Source of the DNA: Spirochaetia bacterium
GTDB lineage: Bacteria > Spirochaetota > Spirochaetia > UBA9216
DNA length: 64,000 bases
Direction of reading: 5' to 3'
Assembly: GCA_963677925.2 (NCBI GenBank)
Contig: CAXXYH010000004.1
Span: 2,556,488-2,620,487 of the forward strand
Every line of letters begins with the position of its first letter. The first letter of the stretch is position 1. Of the stretch, positions 36,384-45,990 are shown piece after piece. Position numbers and translations under genes: made by a program. The notes beneath the pieces are model-generated. The model had not been told where the DNA came from and searched no databases. It saw only the letters and a list, made by a program, of their open reading frames with translations.

Positions 36384-36519
36384 AATAGCTAAACAGACAG
36401 ACCCTAAAAAGCTTAAGGAGCTTAAGGAAAAGATTAATGATCCTGCTTATCTTGATGTTGCAATAAGCAGAATCGCACAGACACTTACAAAGGAACTGAT
36501 CAATCAGAGAGAGACTTGA
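36376..36519 (+). CDS. Small hypothetical protein (47 aa)
   Basis: SD GGAG/AGGA upstream; MIRIAKQTDPKKLKELKEKINDPAYLDVAISRIAQTLTKELINQRET; overlaps both neighbours. Confidence 0.6.
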   Translation: MIRIAKQTDPKKLKELKEKINDPAYLDVAISRIAQTLTKELINQRET

Positions 36520-36917
36520 TGGAAGAGCAGAAACGAGAATTATCATCAGATGAACCAAAGAAAAAAAATGACGGCAACCGCCGTAATCGACGGTACCGCG
36601 GAGGAAAGCGATACGGGAAAAAAGACTTTCCGAACTGTCCTATTTGCGGCAATTCGGTAAAGGATATGAGTACAGCTATAGCCTTCGGTGAAGACGGAGA
36701 ACCGGCTCATTTCGATTGCATTCTCAAACAGCTTGAATCAAGAGAAACCCTTGAATCTGATGAAAAGATCTGCTATCTGGGCAATGGAAGCTTTGGTATA
36801 ATAAAAACCAGAGCAGGCGGTCCTATGAAGTTCTTTGTACGGAAGAGAATTCAGTATGAAGAAGCAGAGAAAAAGTATGATTGGCGGAAAAAAGTAAGCA
36901 GTCGAATCAAGAAATAA
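36519..36917 (+). CDS. Hypothetical protein with Arg-rich N-terminus and CxxC...HxxC zinc site
   Basis: CPICG...AHFDC...YLGNGSFGI. Confidence 0.75.
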   Translation: MEEQKRELSSDEPKKKNDGNRRNRRYRGGKRYGKKDFPNCPICGNSVKDMSTAIAFGEDGEPAHFDCILKQLESRETLESDEKICYLGNGSFGIIKTRAGGPMKFFVRKRIQYEEAEKKYDWRKKVSSRIKK

Positions 36918-36950
36918 GCTTATCTGCTTTTAGAAGTCAGAAAACTGCAA

Positions 36951-36988
36951 TAAAAAAGGCTGTACGGTTACCGTTCAGCCTTTTTTTT
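36951..36988. terminator. Bidirectional intrinsic terminator
   Basis: AAAAAAGGCTG-TACGGTTACCGTT-CAGCCTTTTTTTT. Confidence 0.85.
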
Positions 36989-37007
36989 ATATTTAAAATA
37001 ACTGCAA

Positions 37008-37706
37008 TTAGTATTTTCTAAGATTATTCAGTAATTCATTTGCCTTCATTTTTACAGGTCTGATATAACTGCCCTGAGCTATACCAATAATTGCCTGAAA
37101 TGCAAGGGGATCACTTATTCCTTTATTTGACTCGGCAAGTTTTTCAAAAGCCAGAAGAGCAGAATAGGCGAGATTATCATCCGGACCAAGTGTGTTCTGG
37201 GATATGACAACACTGGCAATAGTCTGAGTAACTTCATTGTTTTTATTCATGCCGATCTTGCCGAGAGCGTATATAGCCTCAGACAGAACCATAGTTTCAT
37301 CATCCTTGAGTGCAATATCCATCAGCGTGTTTTTTGCGTCTTCTCCGCCCAGTTCACCGAGGAGTGTGCAGGCTTCTTTTCTTACAACAGGCATATTGTT
37401 TATCATTCGTCCGCCTTCGTTAATCTCACGTCCGATTCCTTCCTGTGCAAGAAAATCAAGAATATAATGAATTTCAGGATCGCCTTCACCGGCTTTTCCT
37501 TCGTCAATCATTTCTTCTATGTTTTTAAGTGCCATTAACTTGGCGTCTCGGTCCATAGTAGAAGCCTGTTCTTTTATTATTACCATTTCAATATTCTGAA
37601 GGTATATTTCCTCAACAGTAAGTTCGTCGTCCTGCTGAGCAAATATTACTGCCGGTACAGACAGTAAAATAAGCAGGCAGATTGCAGTTAATAAAATCTT
37701 TTTCAT
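37008..37706 (-). CDS. Exported HEAT-repeat protein
   Basis: Signal peptide; VRKEACTLLGELG, VLSEAIYALGKIG; start ATG 37706 behind GGGGAG. Confidence 0.8.
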   Translation of the reverse strand: MKKILLTAICLLILLSVPAVIFAQQDDELTVEEIYLQNIEMVIIKEQASTMDRDAKLMALKNIEEMIDEGKAGEGDPEIHYILDFLAQEGIGREINEGGRMINNMPVVRKEACTLLGELGGEDAKNTLMDIALKDDETMVLSEAIYALGKIGMNKNNEVTQTIASVVISQNTLGPDDNLAYSALLAFEKLAESNKGISDPLAFQAIIGIAQGSYIRPVKMKANELLNNLRKY

Positions 37707-37754
37707 TTTCTCTCCCCGTTCTATAGTTCGGTACCTCATGATATAAAGTATACA

Positions 37755-38333
37755 CTAATTTTCAGGTTTTATTCCTATTTTCCAGATGTTTTCATCTTTT
37801 TCAAGATAGTAAAGTACTGACAGCTGACCCTTTAAAATGGTCAGGGCTTTTACATGATCCTTATCAATGAAAACTATTTCATCAAGTTTGGCGTTCGCCC
37901 TTGAAATCACAACAAGATAGAGAAAATAATCCTTAAGGGTTTCAATTCTGTAATTATATCCCCGCTGCTTGTACAGTTCTGTGTACTGTTTAAGGAGTTC
38001 CGGATCACTGTAGTACGACTTGTAGTCATCAGTAAGATATTCAAGCCACACCTGATAATCTTTAGCTGCAATAACCTTGTTAAGGTTTGTTATCACATCC
38101 TGGATATTATCAAATGTTTCGGTGTATATTTCTTCGGTTACGACAAATTCCTCTTCTGCGGGCTCCTGGACTGCAGGTTCCTCTATTATTTCACGTTCTT
38201 CTTCTATTTGGACAGTTTCTACTACAACAACCGGCTCTGAAGCATTGTCTGAAGCTTCATCAACAGTGGTACATGAGATAGCTGTAAACAATGCCGGTAA
38301 AAGCAATAAAGAAAAAATCAGCTTCAATTTCAT
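37755..38333 (-). CDS. Hypothetical lipoprotein
   Basis: TAISC lipobox, acidic linker. Confidence 0.75.
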   Translation of the reverse strand: MKLKLIFSLLLLPALFTAISCTTVDEASDNASEPVVVVETVQIEEEREIIEEPAVQEPAEEEFVVTEEIYTETFDNIQDVITNLNKVIAAKDYQVWLEYLTDDYKSYYSDPELLKQYTELYKQRGYNYRIETLKDYFLYLVVISRANAKLDEIVFIDKDHVKALTILKGQLSVLYYLEKDENIWKIGIKPEN

Positions 38334-38433
38334 ACAACAAGTTTATAGTTTTAGTGATAGTTTGTCAAAAATAATTTTTAAAAAGGAAAAACTAAATGTT
38401 GATTTTAAAAGCCTTTGCGTTTACACTTCCGGA

Positions 38434-38916
38434 ATGAAAGTTCTATTTCCGGGGTCATTTGATCCGCCGACAAACGGACATCTTAATCTGATAAAAAGGG
38501 CGGCAACCGTTTTTGATTCACTAGAGGTTGTAATAGCCGACAATGGAGAGAAGAAAACTCTTTTTACAGTAAAAGAACGGGAAGATTTTCTTAATGAAAT
38601 CACTCAGGATATCGGAAATGTTAATGTTGCAGTAACAGATATGCTGATGGTTGATTATGCTAAGAAGGTCGGCTCCCGTGTGATGATAAGGGGAGTGAGG
38701 GCTTTAACTGATTTCGGGTATGAATTTGAACTGGCAATGACTAATAAAACTCTTAATCCCGATATAGAGATACTGTTTATGCCCACAGATCCGGAATTTT
38801 TCGTAACCAGATCATCAAGTGTTAAGGAAATTGCCAGAATGCACGGAAGTGTCTCCGGCATGGTTCCTGAGTGTGTTGAAGCAGGTTTAAAGAGGAAATT
38901 AAAATACCCTGATTAG
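38434..38916 (+). CDS. coaD: Pantetheine-phosphate adenylyltransferase
   Basis: FPGSFDPPTNGH, IRGVRALTDFGYE, SSSVKE; true start ATG 38434. Confidence 0.95.
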   Translation: MKVLFPGSFDPPTNGHLNLIKRAATVFDSLEVVIADNGEKKTLFTVKEREDFLNEITQDIGNVNVAVTDMLMVDYAKKVGSRVMIRGVRALTDFGYEFELAMTNKTLNPDIEILFMPTDPEFFVTRSSSVKEIARMHGSVSGMVPECVEAGLKRKLKYPD

Positions 38917-39015
38917 GTATTCTTTATAAAAAGACTTTGCATTATGGGGTGCTTGACAATTGTAATTCTATACTGTATGGTCTGTTAACTATAAGTTGTA
39001 TGAGAGGCAATAATA

Positions 39016-39204
39016 ATGGCAGTACCAAAATATAAAACTTCGAAGGCCAGAAGCCGGAGAAGAAGGTCTATCAATAACAAGCTAAACGCTAGTAATCTGG
39101 TTGAGTGCGGTAGCTGCGGCAACTTGATCCTGCCCCACAGGGTATGCTCAAAATGCGGCTTTTACCGTGGAAAACAGGTTATTGAGCTTGAAGAAATGGC
39201 GTAA
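39016..39204 (+). CDS. rpmF: 50S ribosomal protein L32 (zinc-binding)
   Basis: MAVPKYKTSK...CGSCG...HRVCSKCGFY. Confidence 0.97.
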   Translation: MAVPKYKTSKARSRRRRSINNKLNASNLVECGSCGNLILPHRVCSKCGFYRGKQVIELEEMA

Positions 39205-39224
39205 AGCCTAAGAAGGAGCAAAGA

Positions 39225-39461
39225 ATGGACGAGCTTTTTGAAAAAATAAAGAAGCTTATTGCTGAAAAGCTTGAGGTTGAAGAAGACAAGATCACTCCTG
39301 AAGCATCATTCAGACAGGATCTTGGCGCTGACAGTCTTGACACTTACGAGCTGGTTTATGCAATCGAAGAAGAAATGGGAATCACTATCCCTGACGAGAA
39401 AGCTAACGAGTTTGAAACTGTTGGCGATGCGGTAAACTTTATCAAATCAGCACAGAGCTAA
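39225..39461 (+). CDS. acpP: Acyl carrier protein
   Basis: DLGADSLD. Confidence 0.97.
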   Translation: MDELFEKIKKLIAEKLEVEEDKITPEASFRQDLGADSLDTYELVYAIEEEMGITIPDEKANEFETVGDAVNFIKSAQS

Positions 39462-39474
39462 GAATTATTTCGTC

Positions 39475-40236
39475 GTGGTTCTTTTACCTAAACTGCCTGC
39501 GCTCAAAACTCCATCGGTTGATCCTGAAAGAAAGAAAGAGCTGCAGTTATTTGAGAAGCACGCAGGGATAAGGTTCAGGAAATTAGACTTCCTGAACCTT
39601 GCCTTCTCCCACCGTTCGTTTTCAAACGAAAACAGTTCAGATATAGATAATAACGAAAAACTCGAATTCCTTGGTGACAGTGTACTCGGTATGGTTGTAA
39701 GTGATTATCTTTTCCGTATCATGGCTGACAAACCGGAAGGTGATCTCGCCAGGATCAAATCCTTTGTAGTGAGCGAAGACAGTCTTGCTGGAATTGCCAA
39801 GAACATAAAGGTTGATAATTTCATACTTATTGGAAAAGGCGAGGAATATTCAGGCGGCCGATCCAAAAAAGCCATACTTGCCGACTGCATGGAAGCAATA
39901 ATTGGTGCCTACTATCTTGATTCCGGATTTAAAAGTGTTCAGAATTTTATTCTTAAATACCTTATTCCCGAAATTAACAAGGTAATAGAAAATAAGCACA
40001 GAAAAGACTACAAAACACTTCTGCAGGAATATGTTCAGAAAAATTACAAAAGTTATCCCAGATATAACCTGGTCAAAAAGACTGGGCCTGATCATGACAG
40101 AACCTTCTGGATTGAAGTTAAGGTGAAAGGTACTGCATACGGACCCGGAAAGGGAAAGAATAAAAAAGAAGCTGAACAGCAGGCTGCAGGCATAGCATAT
40201 AAAACTCTAATTCCTGAGTTTATTGAGGAAGATTAA
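39475..40236 (+). CDS. rnc: Ribonuclease III
   Basis: NEKLEFLGDSVL, ADCMEAIIGA, dsRBD DYKTLLQE...KKEAEQQAA. Confidence 0.97.
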   Translation: MVLLPKLPALKTPSVDPERKKELQLFEKHAGIRFRKLDFLNLAFSHRSFSNENSSDIDNNEKLEFLGDSVLGMVVSDYLFRIMADKPEGDLARIKSFVVSEDSLAGIAKNIKVDNFILIGKGEEYSGGRSKKAILADCMEAIIGAYYLDSGFKSVQNFILKYLIPEINKVIENKHRKDYKTLLQEYVQKNYKSYPRYNLVKKTGPDHDRTFWIEVKVKGTAYGPGKGKNKKEAEQQAAGIAYKTLIPEFIEED

Positions 40237-41581
40237 TCCTTTCTCTGTAAAAATTATCAGCAATTTTTAATAATTTGACCTCAGTATTCAATTCTGGATC
40301 TTCAAGAACCGATTCAAGCAGAAATTCAAGTACTGTGCCCATAGCAGGGCCCTTAGGTATACCCGCTTTGATATTAAGCATGTTTCCGTTTACTGCCAGG
40401 TCCCTTATGCTGAATGCATTTTCCTGTGAAAGTATTGCATCGATTCTGTTTTTAAGATCCAGCAGGTTCTGCGAGTCAGCATAGGATTTTTTCATTCCGT
40501 ACTGATCAGCCCGTCTGAGTATAAAAAGATCGTTAATGTAGTCAGTTCCAACCCTTGATATGAATCGGCGTACCGCTGCATCAGTCCATTCATCCTGATA
40601 ATTGAACATATGGTGTTTAATCAGGTGAAGAGTCCGGGCTTCCGCATTTTTAGAGAATTTAAAACGCTGGATAATTTCTCTGCTGATAGCTACAGATTTT
40701 ATTTCATGTCCATGAAATGTAGGAAACCCGTCAGTATCAATATCTGCGGCAGCGGGTTTTCCAGTATCGTGGAGAAGGGCTGCAAGCCTTACAATCATAT
40801 TATCAGGCGGTGCTCCGTCACATGAAAAGAGAAGATGATCCAGTACATCAAAATCATGATAGCCCTTCTGCGCAACGCCCCGGCAAACTGAAAGCTCAGG
40901 AAGTATCACCTGCATGACACCTGTTTTTTCCATTATCTGAAATGCTATTGAAGGAAGTCTGGTTTTAAATATTTTTTCTATCTCATCGCGTATTCTTTCA
41001 GCAGAAACCGCCCTAAGATTCTCTGCCTTGAGCTTCATTCCGTTAAATGTTTCGGTTTCGATTTGAAATTTCAGCTGTGCGGCAAAACGGCATGCTCTCA
41101 TTATCCTGAGTGCATCTTCCTGGAACCGGTCTGCCGGATTTCCAATGGCTTTGATTATTCCGGCATCAAGGTCGCTGCGGCCGCCGTGAGGATCAAGAAG
41201 TTCATCAGTCAGAACATCATAGGCCATTGAGTTAATGGTAAAATCACGTCTTTTTAAGTCTTCAAAAATATCCGGGGTAAATTTTACCTCGTCTGGTCGT
41301 CTGAAATCGGTGTACTCGCCATCCTCTCTGTAGGTTGTTATTTCAAATTTATGATTTTTAAAAAGTACAGTTACAGTTCCATGTTTAATGCCGGTAGGTA
41401 TAACATTTCTGAACAGGCTGCAGATAATCTCAGGCTTTGCATCCGTTGTAAAATCATAATCAGAGACCTTCAGGCCTGCAGAGATGTTTCTGACAGCCCC
41501 TCCGACCAGGAAACAGCTGTAGCCTGCATCCTTGATAATCTTTGAGAATTTAATAACGTCAGGATCAACTTTACGTCTCAT
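40220..41581 (-). CDS. cca: CCA tRNA nucleotidyltransferase with HD domain
   Basis: LVGGAVR, DYD, DLKRRDFTIN, RFQEDALRIMR, LLHDTGK. Confidence 0.9.
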   Translation of the reverse strand: MRRKVDPDVIKFSKIIKDAGYSCFLVGGAVRNISAGLKVSDYDFTTDAKPEIICSLFRNVIPTGIKHGTVTVLFKNHKFEITTYREDGEYTDFRRPDEVKFTPDIFEDLKRRDFTINSMAYDVLTDELLDPHGGRSDLDAGIIKAIGNPADRFQEDALRIMRACRFAAQLKFQIETETFNGMKLKAENLRAVSAERIRDEIEKIFKTRLPSIAFQIMEKTGVMQVILPELSVCRGVAQKGYHDFDVLDHLLFSCDGAPPDNMIVRLAALLHDTGKPAAADIDTDGFPTFHGHEIKSVAISREIIQRFKFSKNAEARTLHLIKHHMFNYQDEWTDAAVRRFISRVGTDYINDLFILRRADQYGMKKSYADSQNLLDLKNRIDAILSQENAFSIRDLAVNGNMLNIKAGIPKGPAMGTVLEFLLESVLEDPELNTEVKLLKIADNFYRERINLPQ

Positions 41582-41630
41582 AAGTTTACAATAATACCTG
41601 ATACATTAAGCTTGTCAACAATGCAGAAAC

Positions 41631-41657
41631 AAAAAGAGACTTCCATACGGAAGTCTC
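41631..41657 (-). terminator. flaB terminator
   Basis: GAGACTTCC-GTAT-GGAAGTCTC-TTTTT on minus strand. Confidence 0.8.
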
Positions 41658-41703
41658 CCTGGTATCAGTTATTGTCTGGACTGGAACTGTGAATGCTTTA
41701 AAT

Positions 41704-42576
41704 CTACTGAAAGAGCTGAAGAACTGACTGACCTTTCTGGTTAGCCTGTGCCAGCATTGCTGTAGAAGCCTGAACAAGGATCTGATCCTTAACATAAGTA
41801 ACCATTTCCTTAGCCATATCGGCGTCCCTGATTCTGGATTCTGCAGCCTGCAGATTTTCAGCACCTATGGACAGTCCCTGAGCCGCATATTCAAGCCTGT
41901 TCTGGTAAGCGCCCAGATCGGCTCTCTGTTTGTTAACTTTTCGGATTGCAGTGTCAATCATAGCAATCGAGATGTTAGCTTTGTCCGGTGTTGATATGGA
42001 GATAAAAGTAGCAGAATGAGCGTAGCCGCCAGCCTGCTGGAGACCAAGACCCTGAGCTGTCATTGTACCAATGTACATTCTTTCACGCTGATCGATATTT
42101 GCACCGATATGCAGCCACATACTTGCAGTAACGAAATTCTCAGCTCCTTCCTTGGCAAAGCGGCCTGTGAGCATGTTCATTCCGTTGAACTGTGCGTGTG
42201 ATGCAATTCTGTTGACTTCGTCAATCAGCTGTGAAACTTCAACCTGAATCTGCATTCTGTCTTCACTTGAATAAATACCGTTGGAAGACTGTACTGCAAG
42301 TTCTCTGAGTCTCTGAAGAATCTGTGTGGTTTCACCGAGGTAGCCTTCAGTGGCCTGTATAAATGATATTCCGTCTTCTGCATTCTTTTCAGCTCTGTTG
42401 AGACCTCTAATCTGTGATCTCATCTTTTCTGAAACGGCAAGCCCGGAAGCATCATCACCGGCTTTATTAATCCGCATACCTGATGAAAGCTTACTCATGT
42501 CTGAGTCCATTGCCCATGAATTGAATTTCTGACTTCTCTGGGCAAACATCGCACTGATGTTGTGATTAATGATCAT
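41704..42576 (-). CDS. flaB: Periplasmic flagellar filament core protein (flagellin, 290 aa)
   Basis: MIINHNISA...[31 protein letters not shown]...[12 protein letters not shown]; SD AAGGAGG. Confidence 0.96.
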   Translation of the reverse strand: MIINHNISAMFAQRSQKFNSWAMDSDMSKLSSGMRINKAGDDASGLAVSEKMRSQIRGLNRAEKNAEDGISFIQATEGYLGETTQILQRLRELAVQSSNGIYSSEDRMQIQVEVSQLIDEVNRIASHAQFNGMNMLTGRFAKEGAENFVTASMWLHIGANIDQRERMYIGTMTAQGLGLQQAGGYAHSATFISISTPDKANISIAMIDTAIRKVNKQRADLGAYQNRLEYAAQGLSIGAENLQAAESRIRDADMAKEMVTYVKDQILVQASTAMLAQANQKGQSVLQLFQ

Positions 42577-42601
42577 ATAATCCTCCTTGATTATTTGACA
42601 C

Positions 42602-42617
42602 GGGACATCCTTGTCCC
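42602..42617 (-). promoter_or_regulatory. CsrA-type binding hairpin in the flaB leader
   Basis: GGGACA-AGGA-TGTCCC with GGA in the loop; second CAAGGA at the SD. Confidence 0.7.
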
Positions 42618-42624
42618 TTTTAAA

Positions 42625-42652
42625 ATGGTCGGTATTTGAAAAATCCTCTTTA
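42625..42652 (-). promoter_or_regulatory. Sigma-28 promoter of flaB
   Basis: TAAA-N16-CCGACCAT. Confidence 0.7.
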
Positions 42653-42703
42653 GGAAATTCAATTAACTTTGAAAAAAAATTATAAAATCTGATATAATCG
42701 TTT

Positions 42704-43333
42704 ATGGACAAAATTGGAGCGGTTGTTACCGGAGGGTTTGGCCCTGAAAAAGACTATATTTTCAGCGTGCTTCAGGAGTCTTCTCTTATAGTAGCTGCCG
42801 ATTCCGGCTGGGACCTTTCATTATCCTACGGGATTATTCCGGATATATTTATAGGAGATATGGATTCGGTTACGGACAAATCGGCTATAAACAATCTTCC
42901 TGCTGACAGACGAATCCTGCATCCTGTTGATAAAGATTTTACTGACACTGAGCTGGCTGTTGACTACCTTTTTGAGCAGGGATACAGGAATGTGACTTTG
43001 GTAGGCGGCGGGGGAGGAAGGCTTGATCATACGCTTGGAATACTGAATATATTCAGAAAGCAGCCGCATCCCGTACGCTGGATTACCGATACAGAGACTA
43101 TTACACCGGTAGAAACCGAAGAAATATTCAGGGTGAGAAAAGGTCAGACAATATCCATCTTTCCGATAGGCGAATATCCGTGTATAATATCAACAAGCGG
43201 TTTAAAATGGGAACTCAAAGAGACAGTCTGGGAGGCCGACAGCTGCAGTTTGAGCAATGTTTCGGTAGGAACAGAAGTTAAGGTCAGACTTTTTAAGGGA
43301 AAGGCCGCAGTTATTATTAATAATGTTATTTAG
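42704..43333 (+). CDS. thiN: Thiamine diphosphokinase
   Basis: [36 protein letters not shown]. Confidence 0.92.
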   Translation: MDKIGAVVTGGFGPEKDYIFSVLQESSLIVAADSGWDLSLSYGIIPDIFIGDMDSVTDKSAINNLPADRRILHPVDKDFTDTELAVDYLFEQGYRNVTLVGGGGGRLDHTLGILNIFRKQPHPVRWITDTETITPVETEEIFRVRKGQTISIFPIGEYPCIISTSGLKWELKETVWEADSCSLSNVSVGTEVKVRLFKGKAAVIINNVI

Positions 43334-43345
43334 CAGAGGTGATTA

Positions 43346-45091
43346 ATGTACAAAAAGGATGTACTTGATGAACTATCCCATTCACTGTCTGAAAAAGAAA
43401 GAACCACACTTCTCGATAGAATAAACAGCAGTCTGAATACACAGACGGCAGATACTAATGAGATTCCAGCGGCAGACTCTGAAAATTCTATCGAAGGACA
43501 CATAAACGAAGACCTGCATCTAATGAGCTGGCTGCGGCGCATGATTCTTTTTATTCGAAGTAAGCTGAGCGGAAGAAAAATCACCGATATCCTGATAGAT
43601 CGAAGGATAAAACAGGTCAAAAAGGATATTAATAAAAAACAGCCTGGAATTACCGGATTTGAAAGCAGAAATCTGACACCCCAATTTGCTGAGGAAGTTT
43701 TTAACATATACAGCAGAACCTTTGCCTTCAGGGAGCTGTACAGAAAGCTCTGGATGGAATCAGGAGTTTTTGAATCAAGCCTCCTGTATATTATCAGGGG
43801 GATGTATGAGCAGTGCAGGAATGAACTTGAAGATTTTATCAGTATGGATGAGCTTGTACAGCTTTATGCTGCAACAGGACGGAAGGATTTTATAAGAGAA
43901 GAGGCCGAAAGGCGGATTGATGAATATATTACAAGTATTCCAGACCTTCTTTACAATGATATTGATAACAGTCTTAGACCCTTATACAGACTTAAAGATC
44001 TGATTCTTTTTCCATATACAGCTTTTTTTCAGAAATTCAGCTTTACCCCAAACCGAAGCGGAGAGGACGGAGGGAAACATTTTTTTAAAAATGCATCAGT
44101 GATGCTCTGTCTTGATGATTTGAGGCTGCTTTACAAGGCAGTGAACCGGGGTTCCGAACTGGATGAATCATATCGAATAAACAGATATCTCATCGAGTTT
44201 CTCCGAAGTTTTGAAGGTCCTGAGATCTGGCCTGAAGAAAATCAGGATGAACTTAAAGAGTTTATAATCAGTATAAAAGCCTTCAACCGAAAAATGCCTA
44301 TTCTTGAACTTCTACGATTCTTTTTAAAAGATCCCTACCTGAAAATCAATTATGTTGATGCGGAACAGCCGTTTAAGATGATCTACAGGGATATACTTCG
44401 TAAGAAAGCCCGAGAAAAGCTTGAAGAAATTTATACTGAGATTCAGAAAGAATACATTGAGAAGGAAATAGGCCGTATTTTTAAGGGAAAACGGTTTATC
44501 GAGTTCAGTAACTATAGAAAGTATGCTGCAATAGATTATCAGAAAATGGGGCTTCCGTTTTTCACACATACAAAATCTCTGAATCTTCTTTATAACTATA
44601 TCGTAAGTTTTTATCAGGGCCATTTGAGTGAGGTTGTTTCAATACTTGAAAAGGGAATCCTTGCACAGAACCGAATTACAAGAGACAGACTCCTTAATCA
44701 CAGTATTGCGCTGCAGGATCTTGAAAACAAGATAAAGGCTTCTGATGACTCACTTGCTCCGGAGGAAGAGGATGGCAAGATTTTTCATAAATTAAGAATA
44801 TCTCTGGTTTCTGAACCTTCCCAGCAGAGGATTTACCGAACAATGGTTGTGCATAAAAACCGTGAAGTTAAGACTCTTCTTGATGCCGGAATGGATTCTC
44901 TGGCCGGCCTTGAAAAAATATTCGATGAACTGGTTAACAGTACAACTAATGCCATGAAGCTTCAGCTAAACAGGCATTATCTGCTTAAGGGTAAATCCAT
45001 AACACTTGTCAGTCTGCTTAAGACCAGAGCAAAGCATCTAAAAGAGTTTCGTAATCTGATGTCCATGGTTATAAAGATGGAAGCCTCCTGA
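43346..45091 (+). CDS. Helical conserved hypothetical protein (DUF5312-like)
   Basis: 581-aa helical ORF with SD GAGG; family assignment from memory only. Confidence 0.55.
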   Translation: MYKKDVLDELSHSLSEKERTTLLDRINSSLNTQTADTNEIPAADSENSIEGHINEDLHLMSWLRRMILFIRSKLSGRKITDILIDRRIKQVKKDINKKQPGITGFESRNLTPQFAEEVFNIYSRTFAFRELYRKLWMESGVFESSLLYIIRGMYEQCRNELEDFISMDELVQLYAATGRKDFIREEAERRIDEYITSIPDLLYNDIDNSLRPLYRLKDLILFPYTAFFQKFSFTPNRSGEDGGKHFFKNASVMLCLDDLRLLYKAVNRGSELDESYRINRYLIEFLRSFEGPEIWPEENQDELKEFIISIKAFNRKMPILELLRFFLKDPYLKINYVDAEQPFKMIYRDILRKKAREKLEEIYTEIQKEYIEKEIGRIFKGKRFIEFSNYRKYAAIDYQKMGLPFFTHTKSLNLLYNYIVSFYQGHLSEVVSILEKGILAQNRITRDRLLNHSIALQDLENKIKASDDSLAPEEEDGKIFHKLRISLVSEPSQQRIYRTMVVHKNREVKTLLDAGMDSLAGLEKIFDELVNSTTNAMKLQLNRHYLLKGKSITLVSLLKTRAKHLKEFRNLMSMVIKMEAS

Positions 45092-45104
45092 CTTAGTCAG
45101 GAGG
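45084..45104. terminator. Inverted repeat between convergent genes
   Basis: CCTCCTGACT-T-AGTCAGGAGG. Confidence 0.5.
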
Positions 45105-45132
45105 ATAAATAAATATTTAATCTTCTTGGATA

Positions 45133-45990
45133 TTAATTCTCCAGATTAAAGTCGGGAAGCTCTAATCCTGGAAGCATACCGGCACTCTTATTATCCAGTG
45201 CAAAATAATCCAGAAGAGCTGGATAGCTTGTGAAAAGCTCACCGTATTTGCGCAGAAGCTCTATTTTTGCGGTTTCCTCAGAAAGTTTTGTCGCGGTTTT
45301 TTCTGCCGCAGATTTTTCAAGTTCTCTTTTCACTTCCAGAGATGACAGATAAAGTTCCCTTACACGGTTATACAGCGCCAGATCAGGATATACAAGTTTA
45401 TATATTGAAATCATTGTTATCGACAGAGCAGAAAAATCTTGTTTGAGTGAATCATATAGAAGATCTGAAAGCTTTGAAGGATCAGCAGAAAAGCTTTCGG
45501 GATTAGAAGCAACTGCGTCAGTCAGAAATGATGTCGCAGCGGCAGTTATATCTGCATCATAATCATTATAAAAACCGGCTATATTATCTTCTCTCAAAAA
45601 CCGATCTTCAACAAGGGCAGGAAGGGTTTCAGGAGAAAGGGTATAGGAAATTCGTAATTCCGCCTCATAAGAAAAATCTGCATCTCCGTCAATCATTCTG
45701 CTGTAGACATCGGAAGACGGAAGTTCTCCACTGCGTTTTATGCTCAGCTGGTGCGGGAGTATTACTATTTTCTGCATTGAAAGATTCGCAGGTATAAGAC
45801 CTTCCCATTCAATCCGAAACTCTCCCGGTTTTACCACATCAGGGTTCCATCCATTTAATTTAGTGTAAATAACTGCATAGGTATCAGCAGGAAGCTGAAA
45901 CTGATAGTACCCGAATAGAAAGGCTGCTCCGGCGGCGGCAATTAAAAGAATGATGATTATTGTTCCCGCAATCTTTGATCTTTTTTTCAT
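45133..45990 (-). CDS. Membrane-anchored hypothetical protein, SPFH-like architecture
   Basis: N-terminal TM, YAVIYTK..G...PG, C-terminal coiled coil. Confidence 0.55.
   Translation of the reverse strand: MKKRSKIAGTIIIILLIAAAGAAFLFGYYQFQLPADTYAVIYTKLNGWNPDVVKPGEFRIEWEGLIPANLSMQKIVILPHQLSIKRSGELPSSDVYSRMIDGDADFSYEAELRISYTLSPETLPALVEDRFLREDNIAGFYNDYDADITAAATSFLTDAVASNPESFSADPSKLSDLLYDSLKQDFSALSITMISIYKLVYPDLALYNRVRELYLSSLEVKRELEKSAAEKTATKLSEETAKIELLRKYGELFTSYPALLDYFALDNKSAGMLPGLELPDFNLEN

Noticed and set aside
37724-37752. Third sigma-28-like promoter before the HEAT-repeat gene (CCGAACTA)
   Set aside because: No TAAA -35 element at the right spacing
38077-38433. N-terminal extension of coaD
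   Set aside because: Antisense to the lipoprotein gene; CoaD motif starts at ATG 38434
40220-40236. Convergent 3' overlaps (rnc/cca, bpuR/rnhB, map/48433)
   Set aside because: Short overlaps are ordinary in compact genomes; no evidence of antisense control
42577-42711. 45-aa N-terminal extension of flagellin
   Set aside because: Covers the promoter and leader; canonical MIINHN start has a strong SD
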